Part shown: piece by piece, positions 20,416 to 30,362 of the stretch | Layout: each line of letters begins with the position of its first letter | Numbering within the stretch: the first letter of the stretch is position 1 | From: Candidatus Dojkabacteria bacterium HGW-Dojkabacteria-1 | GTDB taxonomy: Bacteria > Patescibacteriota > Dojkabacteria > SC72 | DNA: 64,000 bases | Reading direction: 5' to 3' | Assembly (NCBI GenBank): GCA_002840365.1 | Contig: PHAO01000001.1 | Coordinates: forward strand, 85,101 to 149,100 | The notes under the pieces: model-generated | Told to the model about the DNA's origin: nothing | The model's database searches: none | Seen by the model: only the letters and a program-made list of their open reading frames with translations | Translations under genes and position numbers: made by a program

Positions 20416-22777
20416 TGTCTATGATTCCTTGTGGAGTTATATGACTCCTCCCTTTATTTAATTCTTCCCTTTGTTTTCTCACCTGTCCTGGGACAGTATT
20501 CTCTTCTATCATTTCTACGAAAGATTTTTGACTTTCATATTTCTTCGGATTCAACATCTCTTCCTGTTCCTTTAACCTTTTTTCTAACTCTTCCTGATAT
20601 TTTTCTCTTTCTGTCTTTATCTTTTCTATGTCTCCCTGTCTTCTTTCTACTGCTCTCTCAATCAATTCATTCTGTTTGTTAACATCTCCCGAGCTAGTCT
20701 TCATTGGCTGTTGTACTGTAGGAGGGTCATATATTTGTGCGAGCTCTGATATAGATCTTGTATCTGTCATTCCTTGTTGATTCTTCCTTGCTTCTAGTTC
20801 TCTTGGATCGGAAGTAATTAATTCATGTTCAGCTTGGCTTGAGAGTATTTGTATTCCTACATGGTTTGCACCTGCAAAGAATAGGCCTTGTCCTCTATCA
20901 CAGTTAAGGAGATAGTTTCTTTCTCCATCTGAGAGATTAAATACTTGTTGTAATTTCTCTACAGCTGAAGGACTCTGTTTCATAAGGACTTGAATTGAAG
21001 AGTTCGAGATTATTGCTCTACCCATATCATTGTTCATAAAGTCGGCAACATCCTGTGTAATTGTAGAAAGCCCAAGATAGTATTTCCTTGCTCTTTTTGC
21101 AAGAGAGTACATAAATTTAGCGGAATCTTCTCTCTGCATCATATACCAAGCTTCATCAACGATTAACAATCTTCTTCTTTGGTCTTTTCGTATCTTAGTC
21201 CATATGAAATCTAACATAAGGTACATTGCTAAAGGTTTGAGTTCTTCTTGTAAATCTCTAACACTGAATACAGTAAATGGATTATTTATTTCAAAGTTAC
21301 TTGCTTCATTGAATACTCCAGCACCACTTCCCATTATGTATTTTTCCATTCTTCTAGCTAAATCATGTGCTTCTGTTTCAGCCATACCTTTTAATACCTT
21401 ATACAAATCTTCAAGCAATGGAGCTTGTCTTTTTTGAGTTGCTGGATCGAATGTAATACCTTTCTCCCTATATGTTAATATTAATGCTCTATCAAGTATT
21501 GAGGTTTCTACATTGGTAAGCCCATCGAACATTACCTTAAAGAAACCTTGTAGTGCTAGAAGTTTCATTCTTAACTCATCATCTCCCTCTTCTGATACAC
21601 CTGAAAGATCAAATGGATTCATCTTGTGCCCTTTATCTTGAGAGAAGGATATGTATGAGCCGTTAACTGCCTTAGAAAGGTCTTCATATTCTCTTTCTGG
21701 ATCTATTATGATGATATGAGTACCAAGCATTAAGCTTCGAACGGCTTCTAATTTTACAAAATAGCTTTTACCAGCACCAGATTTTGCGAATATTACTGCA
21801 TTTGCATTCTCTAATTCAAACCTATCGAATATTACTAAGCTCTTGTTATGCATATTAATCCCGTACATGATTCCATGATCCATTGTTAATTCAGATGTAA
21901 CAAAGGGGAATGTAGTAGCAAGAGATGTTGTATCCATATTTCTAGTTATATACAACTTGTCTAGACCTAATGGTTGTGTACTAATAAAGGCTGGTTCCTG
22001 TTGTAGTGTTGCTGGCTTTGCGGTTACATTCATTGCTGCAAGAGTAGAGGTAACATTTCTAGAGTATTTTTCTAACAGCTCTTTGTTTGGTGCATATATT
22101 GTTACATACATTGCAAAGTGGAAGAATTTTTCTGTACCTTCTGCAATTGAGTCTTGAAGCTGTTGTGCATCTGAGAGTGCTACCTTTAATGAAGGGTCTA
22201 CGACTTTTCTGTCCTCCATTTGTGAATACAATGTAGCTTCCATTTCTCCGATTTTTTTCTTAAGTTTCTCTAATATAATCTTAGAATCTACAGGATAGTA
22301 GAAAGTACTAATTCTTAAAGAATGTTCGAAGTTGATAATGGGGGATAGCCAGTTTGGTCCTACGAATCTAGGATATCCACTGATAAAGAAAGTTCTTGAG
22401 TAGTAATTTCCCATTTGTAGAGTATTAAAATCAACCTCTACATCTATTGGTGCAATAATATCCTGTGTTGTTAAACCTGAGAATTTTCCAACCTGTGGTT
22501 CAAGGTTAACAGCTGCTGTTTGTGTACTTTTTCCTCCAACAGTAGATTTAAAATTGTCTAGCAGTTTAAAAAATGGATTCTTTTTGTTCTCTTTCTGTGT
22601 ATCATTGAACCTATCCTTTTGATCTATTTGTGTTTTCTGTTCTTTAACAGTATTTAGCTCCTTTCTTAAATCATTCTGGAAGGTAGCATATTTGTTCTGG
22701 TTAAATTGCTCCTGACGCTCGTTGAGCATCTTCATAGTCTTTGATTCTATATTGTTGTTTTGGCTATTGTTGTACAT
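20399..22777 (-). CDS. virB4: VirB4/TraE-family T4SS ATPase
   Basis: AKSGAGKS Walker A, IIIDPEREY, NPFD, LLIVDEAW Walker B, RARKY.LG...ITQ. Confidence 0.9.
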   Translation of the reverse strand: MYNNSQNNNIESKTMKMLNERQEQFNQNKYATFQNDLRKELNTVKEQKTQIDQKDRFNDTQKENKKNPFFKLLDNFKSTVGGKSTQTAAVNLEPQVGKFSGLTTQDIIAPIDVEVDFNTLQMGNYYSRTFFISGYPRFVGPNWLSPIINFEHSLRISTFYYPVDSKIILEKLKKKIGEMEATLYSQMEDRKVVDPSLKVALSDAQQLQDSIAEGTEKFFHFAMYVTIYAPNKELLEKYSRNVTSTLAAMNVTAKPATLQQEPAFISTQPLGLDKLYITRNMDTTSLATTFPFVTSELTMDHGIMYGINMHNKSLVIFDRFELENANAVIFAKSGAGKSYFVKLEAVRSLMLGTHIIIIDPEREYEDLSKAVNGSYISFSQDKGHKMNPFDLSGVSEEGDDELRMKLLALQGFFKVMFDGLTNVETSILDRALILTYREKGITFDPATQKRQAPLLEDLYKVLKGMAETEAHDLARRMEKYIMGSGAGVFNEASNFEINNPFTVFSVRDLQEELKPLAMYLMLDFIWTKIRKDQRRRLLIVDEAWYMMQREDSAKFMYSLAKRARKYYLGLSTITQDVADFMNNDMGRAIISNSSIQVLMKQSPSAVEKLQQVFNLSDGERNYLLNCDRGQGLFFAGANHVGIQILSSQAEHELITSDPRELEARKNQQGMTDTRSISELAQIYDPPTVQQPMKTSSGDVNKQNELIERAVERRQGDIEKIKTEREKYQEELEKRLKEQEEMLNPKKYESQKSFVEMIEENTVPGQVRKQREELNKGRSHITPQGIIDNDDNQ

Positions 22778-23426
22778 TGTCTTCTCCTACTAATTCTTCA
22801 TCAGGGTTATATATTGTGTAGAATTCGGTAATTAACTCTTTGTTTGTCAGTTGATGTCCGAAGAGTCCCATTCGTCCTAACTGTTTTAAGATATGGTCTC
22901 TTTTTGGATACAAAAATATCTTTGCTTTCTCTAGTAATTGTTCCTGTCTCATTTGTAAAGCTTTCTCTATCTCTTCTCTTGTTTGTTTTGATTTAAATAT
23001 TCCCGAACCAGGTATATCTCCTGCAGGGTTAAAAGGTATTACTATTAAGAAAGTTTTGTCTAATACATCATTTTGTACAATTAAATTCTGTATGAATTCC
23101 GTATATATATTAAGCTGTCTTCTTAGTCCTTCTGACATACTTTCATTCTCTTGGTTTTTAAGGTAATCAACATAGTTTGATATATCAATTCTTTTTGTTC
23201 TGATTAATATCTGTATATGGAAATTCAAAGAATTAAGTAGACCTGCAAATGCATATATCTTACTATCCTGCTCATACTCTGCTAAGAGGTCAAAGTTAAT
23301 AGCAGATGTCTGAACTACCATTGCTACACTTCCACTTTTTGTTATTACCAAATCATCGACTATTTCCCTCACTTCGAGATGATCCTGTGTAGATGCTATT
23401 GTTCTTGCTCTTGCATTTGCTTCCAT
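22764..23426 (-). CDS. VirB4-associated protein (TrsD/TraC N-terminal-like)
   Basis: INFDLL...EQ...FAGLLNSLNF.IQILIRT pattern; lies between prgI and virB4, overlapping both. Confidence 0.6.
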   Translation of the reverse strand: MEANARARTIASTQDHLEVREIVDDLVITKSGSVAMVVQTSAINFDLLAEYEQDSKIYAFAGLLNSLNFHIQILIRTKRIDISNYVDYLKNQENESMSEGLRRQLNIYTEFIQNLIVQNDVLDKTFLIVIPFNPAGDIPGSGIFKSKQTREEIEKALQMRQEQLLEKAKIFLYPKRDHILKQLGRMGLFGHQLTNKELITEFYTIYNPDEELVGEDNVQQ

Positions 23427-24262
23427 TATTTCAATGCTATTTTCAAAGGTAATTTATTTTGATTTTTTGTAACTAATATTCGTAATTTTGGGGCACTAGA
23501 TGCTAGACCTTCAAACTCAATGATATATATCCCTTCAGGATATATCCTATTACTTAAGAAGTAACCATTTGGACCTGTCTTGTTAGCATAGAGGATTTTA
23601 CCATTAGAGTCCTTTAAGTAGGTATTAACATTTGAAAGAGGTTGATTATCTTTTGTACATAACCATATATTTATATTCCCAGGTAATTTATCAATACTTT
23701 TTATAGGGAATTGATATTTAGAAATATTCTCCTCGGAAATGGTTATATATTCATCATCTGGAAGAAGAATTTTCTCTTCTTGTTGAACAACATCTTTGGT
23801 TACTTCTTTTGTTTCTTCTCCCTCTATGGCTAATATGTCATCTCCAGGGTTTTCTTCGAATATTTGAGACTTCTGTTCCTCTCTTAGCTCTGTAGTACCA
23901 ATTACCTTCCTTTTTGTATCATCAATAGCTGTAACAGTAGGCTTTATTCTCTGTTCTTTGAGCGTTTGGTTAAGCCATACTCTTTGAGTAGGCCTATTAA
24001 TTGCTGTAAAGTAATTAATTATCGCCTTGTCTGCAGGTTGATCATTTATTGGAACGAGAGCTAGAAAAGCTCCTATTCCAGAAAGTATTGCAAAAAGAGG
24101 TATCCCAATTATTCCTGGTATGTCTCCTCCAATTGAGAGGTAAAGGAAAATACCTCCTGTACCTACACCTAGTGCAAGGTATGCAAACTCCTTTAGAGTA
24201 AATCTTGTAAAGAGTTTAAACTCAACATCTAATACATTTTGTGGAATAGGGTGTTGTCTCAT
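23426..24262 (-). CDS. PrgI-family (VirB3-like) membrane protein with C-terminal beta-rich domain
   Basis: HPIPQNV.DVEFKLF..FTLKEF N-terminus, two TMs, IND.P; first gene of the virB4 operon. Confidence 0.8.
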   Translation of the reverse strand: MRQHPIPQNVLDVEFKLFTRFTLKEFAYLALGVGTGGIFLYLSIGGDIPGIIGIPLFAILSGIGAFLALVPINDQPADKAIINYFTAINRPTQRVWLNQTLKEQRIKPTVTAIDDTKRKVIGTTELREEQKSQIFEENPGDDILAIEGEETKEVTKDVVQQEEKILLPDDEYITISEENISKYQFPIKSIDKLPGNINIWLCTKDNQPLSNVNTYLKDSNGKILYANKTGPNGYFLSNRIYPEGIYIIEFEGLASSAPKLRILVTKNQNKLPLKIALK

Positions 24263-24347
24263 TATTCACAAATAGTTTACCAGAATTATTTATAATAGTG
24301 GAGAGAATATTTCTTAAAAAATGTTGTAAATGCTATCATATCCTGTA

Positions 24348-25148
24348 ATGTACAAAAAAGAGATAGAGGAAATTGTCAATGAGTTTGTGTCTTTTAAATC
24401 CAATATGGGATTGAAACTTTCTATTAAAAAAGCTCAGTATATATGGGGAAAAAGTATTACAAAGAGGATATCAGATACTACATTAATGGAATTAGAAAAG
24501 GGTACAAAGGTAGGGAACTCAAAAATTATTAAAGAAAAGATAGATATTGTAAAAAAGAATTTAAATATCCTACTTGTATTTAATTGGGTTCGCTTTGTTG
24601 GTATTTCAGGATCTGTGGCTGCGGGATTTGCTAAAGAAGACGATGATATTGATATCTTTATTGTTGTTAAAGATGGATGTGCATGGATATACAGGGGCAT
24701 ATTAACTATACGGAATATTTTTAATCATGTAATTAGAACTAAAAGGGACAAAGAGGATGTAAGGGATTTGTTATGTATAAATTTTATTATTGAAGAGAGT
24801 GGTTTGGAGCTTGAAAGTGACATTTTCAACTTTCATGAATTAATGTATTTAATTCCTATCTACAATGAGAGGTATATAAATCATATATATGAAAAAAATC
24901 TTTGGTTGTTAACAAAATATCAAATAAACAAAGAATTGCTTCAAAGTAGAGAGAGGAAGAAGGAGGGTGTTAATTTTGTAATAAAGGTTATTAATTTTCT
25001 TGCATATATATCTCAAATTGCCTTCATGTTAATTTCAGGTCACACACCAGAGATAAAGAGGCTATTTAGGAATTACAAAAGAGGAAGAATAGAGTTTTTC
25101 CCAAGCGATTATAAAGAGAAAGTATTAAGGAAATTAATCTCCGTTTAA
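24348..25148 (+). CDS. Pol-beta-superfamily nucleotidyltransferase-domain protein (likely start 24348)
   Basis: GISGSVA...DDDIDIFIV (GS + DxD) motif. Confidence 0.7.
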   Translation: MYKKEIEEIVNEFVSFKSNMGLKLSIKKAQYIWGKSITKRISDTTLMELEKGTKVGNSKIIKEKIDIVKKNLNILLVFNWVRFVGISGSVAAGFAKEDDDIDIFIVVKDGCAWIYRGILTIRNIFNHVIRTKRDKEDVRDLLCINFIIEESGLELESDIFNFHELMYLIPIYNERYINHIYEKNLWLLTKYQINKELLQSRERKKEGVNFVIKVINFLAYISQIAFMLISGHTPEIKRLFRNYKRGRIEFFPSDYKEKVLRKLISV

Positions 25149-26207
25149 ATGTACTAGCATTGAGTTTGTAAGTATTTCTTTTGGTAATGTTTTATAGTCT
25201 ATTACAGTAATAAAGGTTTGTTGTTTATCTAGTAATCTCTTTTCAAATATTTTCTTTGTATTTGAGATATCTAATTCGGAAGCGATATCGTCTAAAAGAA
25301 GTATTGGATAGAAACCATTTTTACTATTTACAATATCTTGTGTCTGAAATATTAATTTCCCTATTGCTAATCTTTTTTCTCCTCTAGAACCAAACTTTCT
25401 AATATCCCTTCCTAATGATATTTCCCAATCATCTCTGTGTGGTCCAATATTTGTGTATCCTGTTGCAATATCCCTTCTTTTGCTATTTTCTAAATCTTCA
25501 TTAATCTTTTCTTCTAAATACTTTGTATTATTAATCTTTCTTCTATCTATACTAAAATCAGTTTTGTATTTAATCTCATACCCATCTTTTGAGAGTTCTT
25601 TTGTTAATAGTATTCGCTCTTGTAGTATTGGAATAGAGTAGATTGCTAATTTGTTAGTCCAGAAGTTTAATTGTGGATCATTTATGGCAATTACACCTTT
25701 TTCATAGAAGAGTTTTGCTAATCTCTTCAGATATGCATTTCTTTGTCTAAGGATCTTTTTAAATTCTTTAAGATAGGTTTCATATTCATAGTTGTATTTA
25801 ACAATCGTCTCATCAAGAAAGTTTCTTCTTTGGGAGGAAGAAATCATTAATAATTCTATTTTTTCTGGATTAAATATTGTTGCAGAGGTATTTTCAAAAA
25901 ATGTTTTACTACGGACATTCTTACCCTCTACTTTAAATATTCTTTTATCCTTATCTTTGAAATATACATAGCTTTTGGAATCTTTCTCTATTTCTATTCT
26001 GGTATGTATCTGCTTTTCTTGGTCAGTGTTGATAAATTCATCAGTAGAAGCCCATGGGGATTTACCATTACTTATTAAAAAGAGTGCTTCTAGTACAGAG
26101 CTTTTACCTTGAGCATTGCTTCCGTAGAAGATAGTGATATTTTTATCAAATTCAAAAGTTTTGTCTTTGAATTTCCTAAAGTTTTTTAATACCAATCTAT
26201 TTATCAT
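25134..26207 (-). CDS. recF: DNA replication/repair protein RecF
   Basis: GSNAQGKS, QRNAYL, GPHRDD, GSRGE, LLLDDIASELD motifs. Confidence 0.95.
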   Translation of the reverse strand: MINRLVLKNFRKFKDKTFEFDKNITIFYGSNAQGKSSVLEALFLISNGKSPWASTDEFINTDQEKQIHTRIEIEKDSKSYVYFKDKDKRIFKVEGKNVRSKTFFENTSATIFNPEKIELLMISSSQRRNFLDETIVKYNYEYETYLKEFKKILRQRNAYLKRLAKLFYEKGVIAINDPQLNFWTNKLAIYSIPILQERILLTKELSKDGYEIKYKTDFSIDRRKINNTKYLEEKINEDLENSKRRDIATGYTNIGPHRDDWEISLGRDIRKFGSRGEKRLAIGKLIFQTQDIVNSKNGFYPILLLDDIASELDISNTKKIFEKRLLDKQQTFITVIDYKTLPKEILTNSMLVHLNGD

Positions 26208-28030
26208 TATGTCTTTAGTATACTTAGAAATGCTTCTTGTGGGATATTTACTTGCCCTATCATTTTTAATCTCTTCTTTCCTTTCTTTTGTTTTTCTAGT
26301 AGTTTTAATCTTCTTGTATAGTCTCCACCATACAGTTTAGCAGTAACATCTTTTCTAAATGCTTTTACATCTTCTCTTGCTATTATCTTTGCTCCGATGG
26401 ATGCCTGAAGTGGAATAGGGAATTGCTGTCTAGGTATTTCATCTTTCATTACCTCAAGTAGTTTTGCAGCTTTTGCTCTTGCATGTTCTCTTGTTTCGAG
26501 AAAACTTAATGCAGGGATTTCTTCATGATTAACAAGTATTGCTACCTTAACTAAGTCTACAGGAAAGAAATCTATTAATTCATACTCCATTGAGGCATAA
26601 CCACTAGATTTATTCTTGAGTTGATCGAAAAAGTTAGAAACTAATGATGCGAGTGGCATATCATATTCTAATTCAATATATTGATCCTTAAGCTGTATTT
26701 CTCCACTATGTGTACTTAGGTAGTGTGTATTAACATACTGTCCTCTTTTATATTGGCATAGCTCCATTAGAGGACCTATGTATCTATCAGGAGTCATTAT
26801 CTTAAGTCTTACCCATGGTTCTAAGATCTCTTTTATTTCCGATGGGTCTGGTAATTCTTGTGGAGTTTGTATCTTTATTTGCTCACCTGTTATTTTTGTA
26901 ATCTCATACTCAACTGTTGGTGCAGTTATTATTAAATCTACGTCATATTCTCTTTCCAATCTTTCTTGAATTATTTCCATATGAAGTAAACCAAGAAAAC
27001 CGCATCTAAAACCGGAACCTAACATATTAGATCTTTGATCTGTGAATGTTAGTGCGGCATCATTCATGCTTAATTTGTTTAAACCAATTTTTAAAGGTTC
27101 GTAATCATCTGGTGTTACAGGAAAAAATGTTGCAAATACATTAGGTTTTGGTGTTCTATATCCCTCAAGAGGGGAAGTATTCTTACTATCAGAAATAGTG
27201 TCTCCTACAGTGAAGAAACTAATATCCTTAAATCCTGTAGCTATATATCCCACCTCTCCTGTTCCAAGATATTCTGTTTCTTGTAAGTCGGGAGTAAATA
27301 TCCCTACCTCTGTTGGTTTGAAAGTTTCCTCTTTTCTTAGGATATACAAATCAGACGCCTTTCCTGGAATATACTTTATTTTCCCATCAAAAACTCTCAC
27401 CGCTACAACGACTCCTCTGTGTTCATCGTAAAAGGAATCGAAGATTAGACTCTTAAGAGAATCATTTGTGTTTCCCTGTGGAGGTGGACATATTTCAACA
27501 ATTTTGTCCAAAAGTTCACTTACTCCTTCTCCAGTCTTTCCAGAAACTTTCACAATATCTTCTTTTCTGAATCCAAGAAGTTGTTCTAATTCTTGTTCTC
27601 TGGCTTTTACATCAATATTAGGTAAATCTATTTTGTTTATTACAGGTATTAGCTTTAACCCAAGATCAAGAGCTTTTTGGGTATTTGAAATGGTTTGGGC
27701 TTGCACCCCCTGAGATGCATCAACAAGTAGTATTGCTGCTTCGCATGCTGCAAGAGATCTGGATACTTCATATGAGAAATCAACATGTCCTGGTGTATCA
27801 ATTAGATTCAATTGGTATTCTTTCCATATCATTCTACACGCTTGTAATTTTATAGTAATACCTTTCTCTTGTTCTAAATCTAACCTGTCTAATACTCTTG
27901 ATTCTCTTTTATCTCTTGATATATCTATATGTGCTGCTTCAAGCATTCTATCTGCTAATGTAGATTTTCCATGGTCAATATGGGCAATTATTGAAAAATT
28001 TCTTATTTTTGTTAAGTCAGTAGTAGTCAT
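26207..28030 (-). CDS. lepA: Elongation factor 4 (LepA)
   Basis: RNFSIIAHIDHGKSTLADR, GFRCGFLGLLH, KLYGGD, PQEAFL. Confidence 0.98.
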   Translation of the reverse strand: MTTTDLTKIRNFSIIAHIDHGKSTLADRMLEAAHIDISRDKRESRVLDRLDLEQEKGITIKLQACRMIWKEYQLNLIDTPGHVDFSYEVSRSLAACEAAILLVDASQGVQAQTISNTQKALDLGLKLIPVINKIDLPNIDVKAREQELEQLLGFRKEDIVKVSGKTGEGVSELLDKIVEICPPPQGNTNDSLKSLIFDSFYDEHRGVVVAVRVFDGKIKYIPGKASDLYILRKEETFKPTEVGIFTPDLQETEYLGTGEVGYIATGFKDISFFTVGDTISDSKNTSPLEGYRTPKPNVFATFFPVTPDDYEPLKIGLNKLSMNDAALTFTDQRSNMLGSGFRCGFLGLLHMEIIQERLEREYDVDLIITAPTVEYEITKITGEQIKIQTPQELPDPSEIKEILEPWVRLKIMTPDRYIGPLMELCQYKRGQYVNTHYLSTHSGEIQLKDQYIELEYDMPLASLVSNFFDQLKNKSSGYASMEYELIDFFPVDLVKVAILVNHEEIPALSFLETREHARAKAAKLLEVMKDEIPRQQFPIPLQASIGAKIIAREDVKAFRKDVTAKLYGGDYTRRLKLLEKQKKGKKRLKMIGQVNIPQEAFLSILKT

Positions 28031-28093
28031 ATAACGGGATTATTATAGTATATTTTTACAAAGAAAGGGGAAAAATCTTTAATATACAACGCT

Positions 28094-28645
28094 TTATTGT
28101 ATTTCCTTTATTGTAAGTTCGAAATCTTCTTCAAACATTACATCAGAGAAGCTCTCTACATAGAGATACACAACATATCTTTCCTTTGCAGGAACGATTA
28201 TCTTTTGAACAGAATTGTCACCATTTGGTTCTTGTAATCTATATCTTTGATCTCTAATGATTAACCCTATATCAGACTTCGTTGGTAGTGTTGTGCCTCC
28301 ATATATATCTAGATTAACACTCTCTTCCTTGTTATTTATTATCTCAATTATTGGTTTAGAGTAGCTGTCAGCGTCTCTTTTAGTGAGTTTTGTTCTATAC
28401 ACATATTTACCTTCCGCTAAATCTATTTTTTCATTTAGAAAGATTTGATGAGAACCACCTACGATATTTATCTGTAATTCTGATCTATTTGTTACTCCTA
28501 AGACATTGATATCTTTTAATTTCTTTGTAATTGGTTGTAGGTTTATTACTGTGATGGCAGGTATTATGAAAAGTAATGCTACCAATCCTAAAGCTATTGG
28601 TTCTACTACTAGAGCTAATGTTTTCTTTATCTTGTTTTCTTTCAT
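28094..28645 (-). CDS. Hypothetical single-pass membrane protein (likely start 28645)
   Basis: N-terminal TM followed by NVLGV; ATG directly after the upstream stop. Confidence 0.65.
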   Translation of the reverse strand: MKENKIKKTLALVVEPIALGLVALLFIIPAITVINLQPITKKLKDINVLGVTNRSELQINIVGGSHQIFLNEKIDLAEGKYVYRTKLTKRDADSYSKPIIEIINNKEESVNLDIYGGTTLPTKSDIGLIIRDQRYRLQEPNGDNSVQKIIVPAKERYVVYLYVESFSDVMFEEDFELTIKEIQ

Positions 28646-28646
28646 A

Positions 28647-29195
28647 TTAGTAATATTTCTTGTTATCAGGATATACTTTATTTGATTCAACTTCAAATGT
28701 TTTTACTGCTCCAAATCCACAAAGGAATGCAAATGATCCTGCGAATATCCCAACCCATGTATATGTATTATCCTGTATTGTATTTGCAACTATTATGGCA
28801 GATGCTATCCAAAGAAAAGCTGTCCAGATGAATATTTTAAGAAATGTTGTATCATCCTTTGTAATCCATTGAAGGATATTAAATCTTGTGACCTTAACTA
28901 TTGTTTTAGGGTCATCTGTAGCTGATTGGAAGATTGCAGTTTTAGCTATGAAGTAAGCAGTAGGTATTGCTAAAAATGCAAACATGAAAAGATCGGAATA
29001 TGAATTAACAAAGAGTGTAGTAGAGGAATCATTAAAGTATATCTGTGTAGAAAATATACCATTTAAATCATTCCCTATCTCAAATGTAAGGCCGTAAACA
29101 GCACTAGTAAAAAATATCCCAAAAACTTTTCCAGCAATCATTAATATTGCAGGAAAGATTGAGTTTTTAAGCGCTCTTTTGATTAGTTTTGACAT
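28647..29195 (-). CDS. Hypothetical 4-TM membrane protein overlapping the rpsT 3' end
   Basis: Four hydrophobic segments; 29-bp overlap with rpsT. Confidence 0.7.
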   Translation of the reverse strand: MSKLIKRALKNSIFPAILMIAGKVFGIFFTSAVYGLTFEIGNDLNGIFSTQIYFNDSSTTLFVNSYSDLFMFAFLAIPTAYFIAKTAIFQSATDDPKTIVKVTRFNILQWITKDDTTFLKIFIWTAFLWIASAIIVANTIQDNTYTWVGIFAGSFAFLCGFGAVKTFEVESNKVYPDNKKYY

Positions 29196-29463
29196 TATCT
29201 ATGGACAGTTTGTTAAGTTGAATTGCAAGTCTAGATTTTTTACGACTTGCTGTACCCTTCTTTATAACATTTTTTTTGGCAGCCTTGTCAAGAACTTTGT
29301 ATGTTTGTTTTAAAGATTTCTCTGCAGCTTCCTTTTCATCTTTCTTTACAAGATCTTGGAACCTTTTTACAGATTTCTTAACTCTCTTTCTTAACCTGTC
29401 GTTATGAACTGTTCTTCTCTTTGTTTGTCTTAAATCTTTTATAGATGTCTTTAAGTTTGGCAT
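29167..29463 (-). CDS. rpsT: 30S ribosomal protein S20
   Basis: MPNLKTSIK.LRQ, LDKAAKKNVI....SRKKSRL. Confidence 0.95.
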   Translation of the reverse strand: MPNLKTSIKDLRQTKRRTVHNDRLRKRVKKSVKRFQDLVKKDEKEAAEKSLKQTYKVLDKAAKKNVIKKGTASRKKSRLAIQLNKLSIDNVKTNQKSA

Positions 29464-29560
29464 TCTTCAAAAGTATATTTAAAATGAATCAATATTGCGT
29501 TGTATTATATCGGTTAAGAGTTTGTTTGTAAACAGAAATGTAAATTGATACACTATTTTT

Positions 29561-29974
29561 ATGGATGTCATGGGGGAAAGAAAGATAATTGGATATGTTG
29601 TGTTTTTTGTTATTGCCCTTGTAACAGTTATTTCTCCAATTTATATACTTTTAAACAGGGAAGATGTAAAAGGTGTTGATATACAAAGAGATATTACTAC
29701 TCCACATCCATATATTACGAACCTTATGCCAAAGAGTGCCTATGTGGGAGAAGAGTATATTTTTGTTCCTAGAGTAGTGGCAAATGATTTCGGAAATGTA
29801 GTATTAACTATAGAGGAGGGACCAAGTTGGTTGTATATTGATGAGGGATATATAATTAGGGGCTACCCTTCATCGAGTGATATTGGTACTGTAAAGGTCA
29901 CACTTAAGGTTGATGATGGAATGGGTAGTTCTACAATATCTGAATATATTATAGTTACAGAAGATGAAGAATAG
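29561..29974 (+). CDS. Membrane-anchored Ig/cadherin-like (He_PIG-like) domain protein
   Basis: TM followed by A.VGEEY...GPSWL.I...I.G.P...G...VTLKVDDG pattern. Confidence 0.65.
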   Translation: MDVMGERKIIGYVVFFVIALVTVISPIYILLNREDVKGVDIQRDITTPHPYITNLMPKSAYVGEEYIFVPRVVANDFGNVVLTIEEGPSWLYIDEGYIIRGYPSSSDIGTVKVTLKVDDGMGSSTISEYIIVTEDEE

Positions 29975-30362
29975 GGGGATTTTCACAATTGGGGTTGTAC
30001 TTACTGTCCTTATGATTTTTGTAGGAGTTTTTGTATTTAAGGCATCAGGATCTAATGATTCTGTTTCCGTGGAGGGATGTAATCCTTACAATGTAGAGAT
30101 TAAGAAAGGAGAGAAAGAAAATTCTGTAGAGATAACATGGAAGAGTAAGACAAGATGTTCTGCATATATTCTTTATGGTACAGAAATGAAGAATTTAAAT
30201 CTTGTTGCAATAGATTTGGAGGGGGATTTTAGAGGAAAGAATCACAAGGTTGTTATTAACTCCTTATTGTCTTCTAAAACATATTTCTTCTCTATTGTTT
30301 CTGGTGGTACTACGTATGGTAAGGATGGTTTACCAATATCATTCTCTATTTCTTCCCTCTGA
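29964..30362 (+). CDS. Membrane-anchored FN3-like domain protein
   Basis: TM then ITWKS...I.YG...H.V.I.SL....TY.F.IVS pattern. Confidence 0.65.
   Translation: MKNRGIFTIGVVLTVLMIFVGVFVFKASGSNDSVSVEGCNPYNVEIKKGEKENSVEITWKSKTRCSAYILYGTEMKNLNLVAIDLEGDFRGKNHKVVINSLLSSKTYFFSIVSGGTTYGKDGLPISFSISSL

Noticed and set aside
20195-20700. Frameshifted continuation of Lon (protease domain)
   Set aside because: No Lon protease motif is visible downstream; the region codes on the opposite strand
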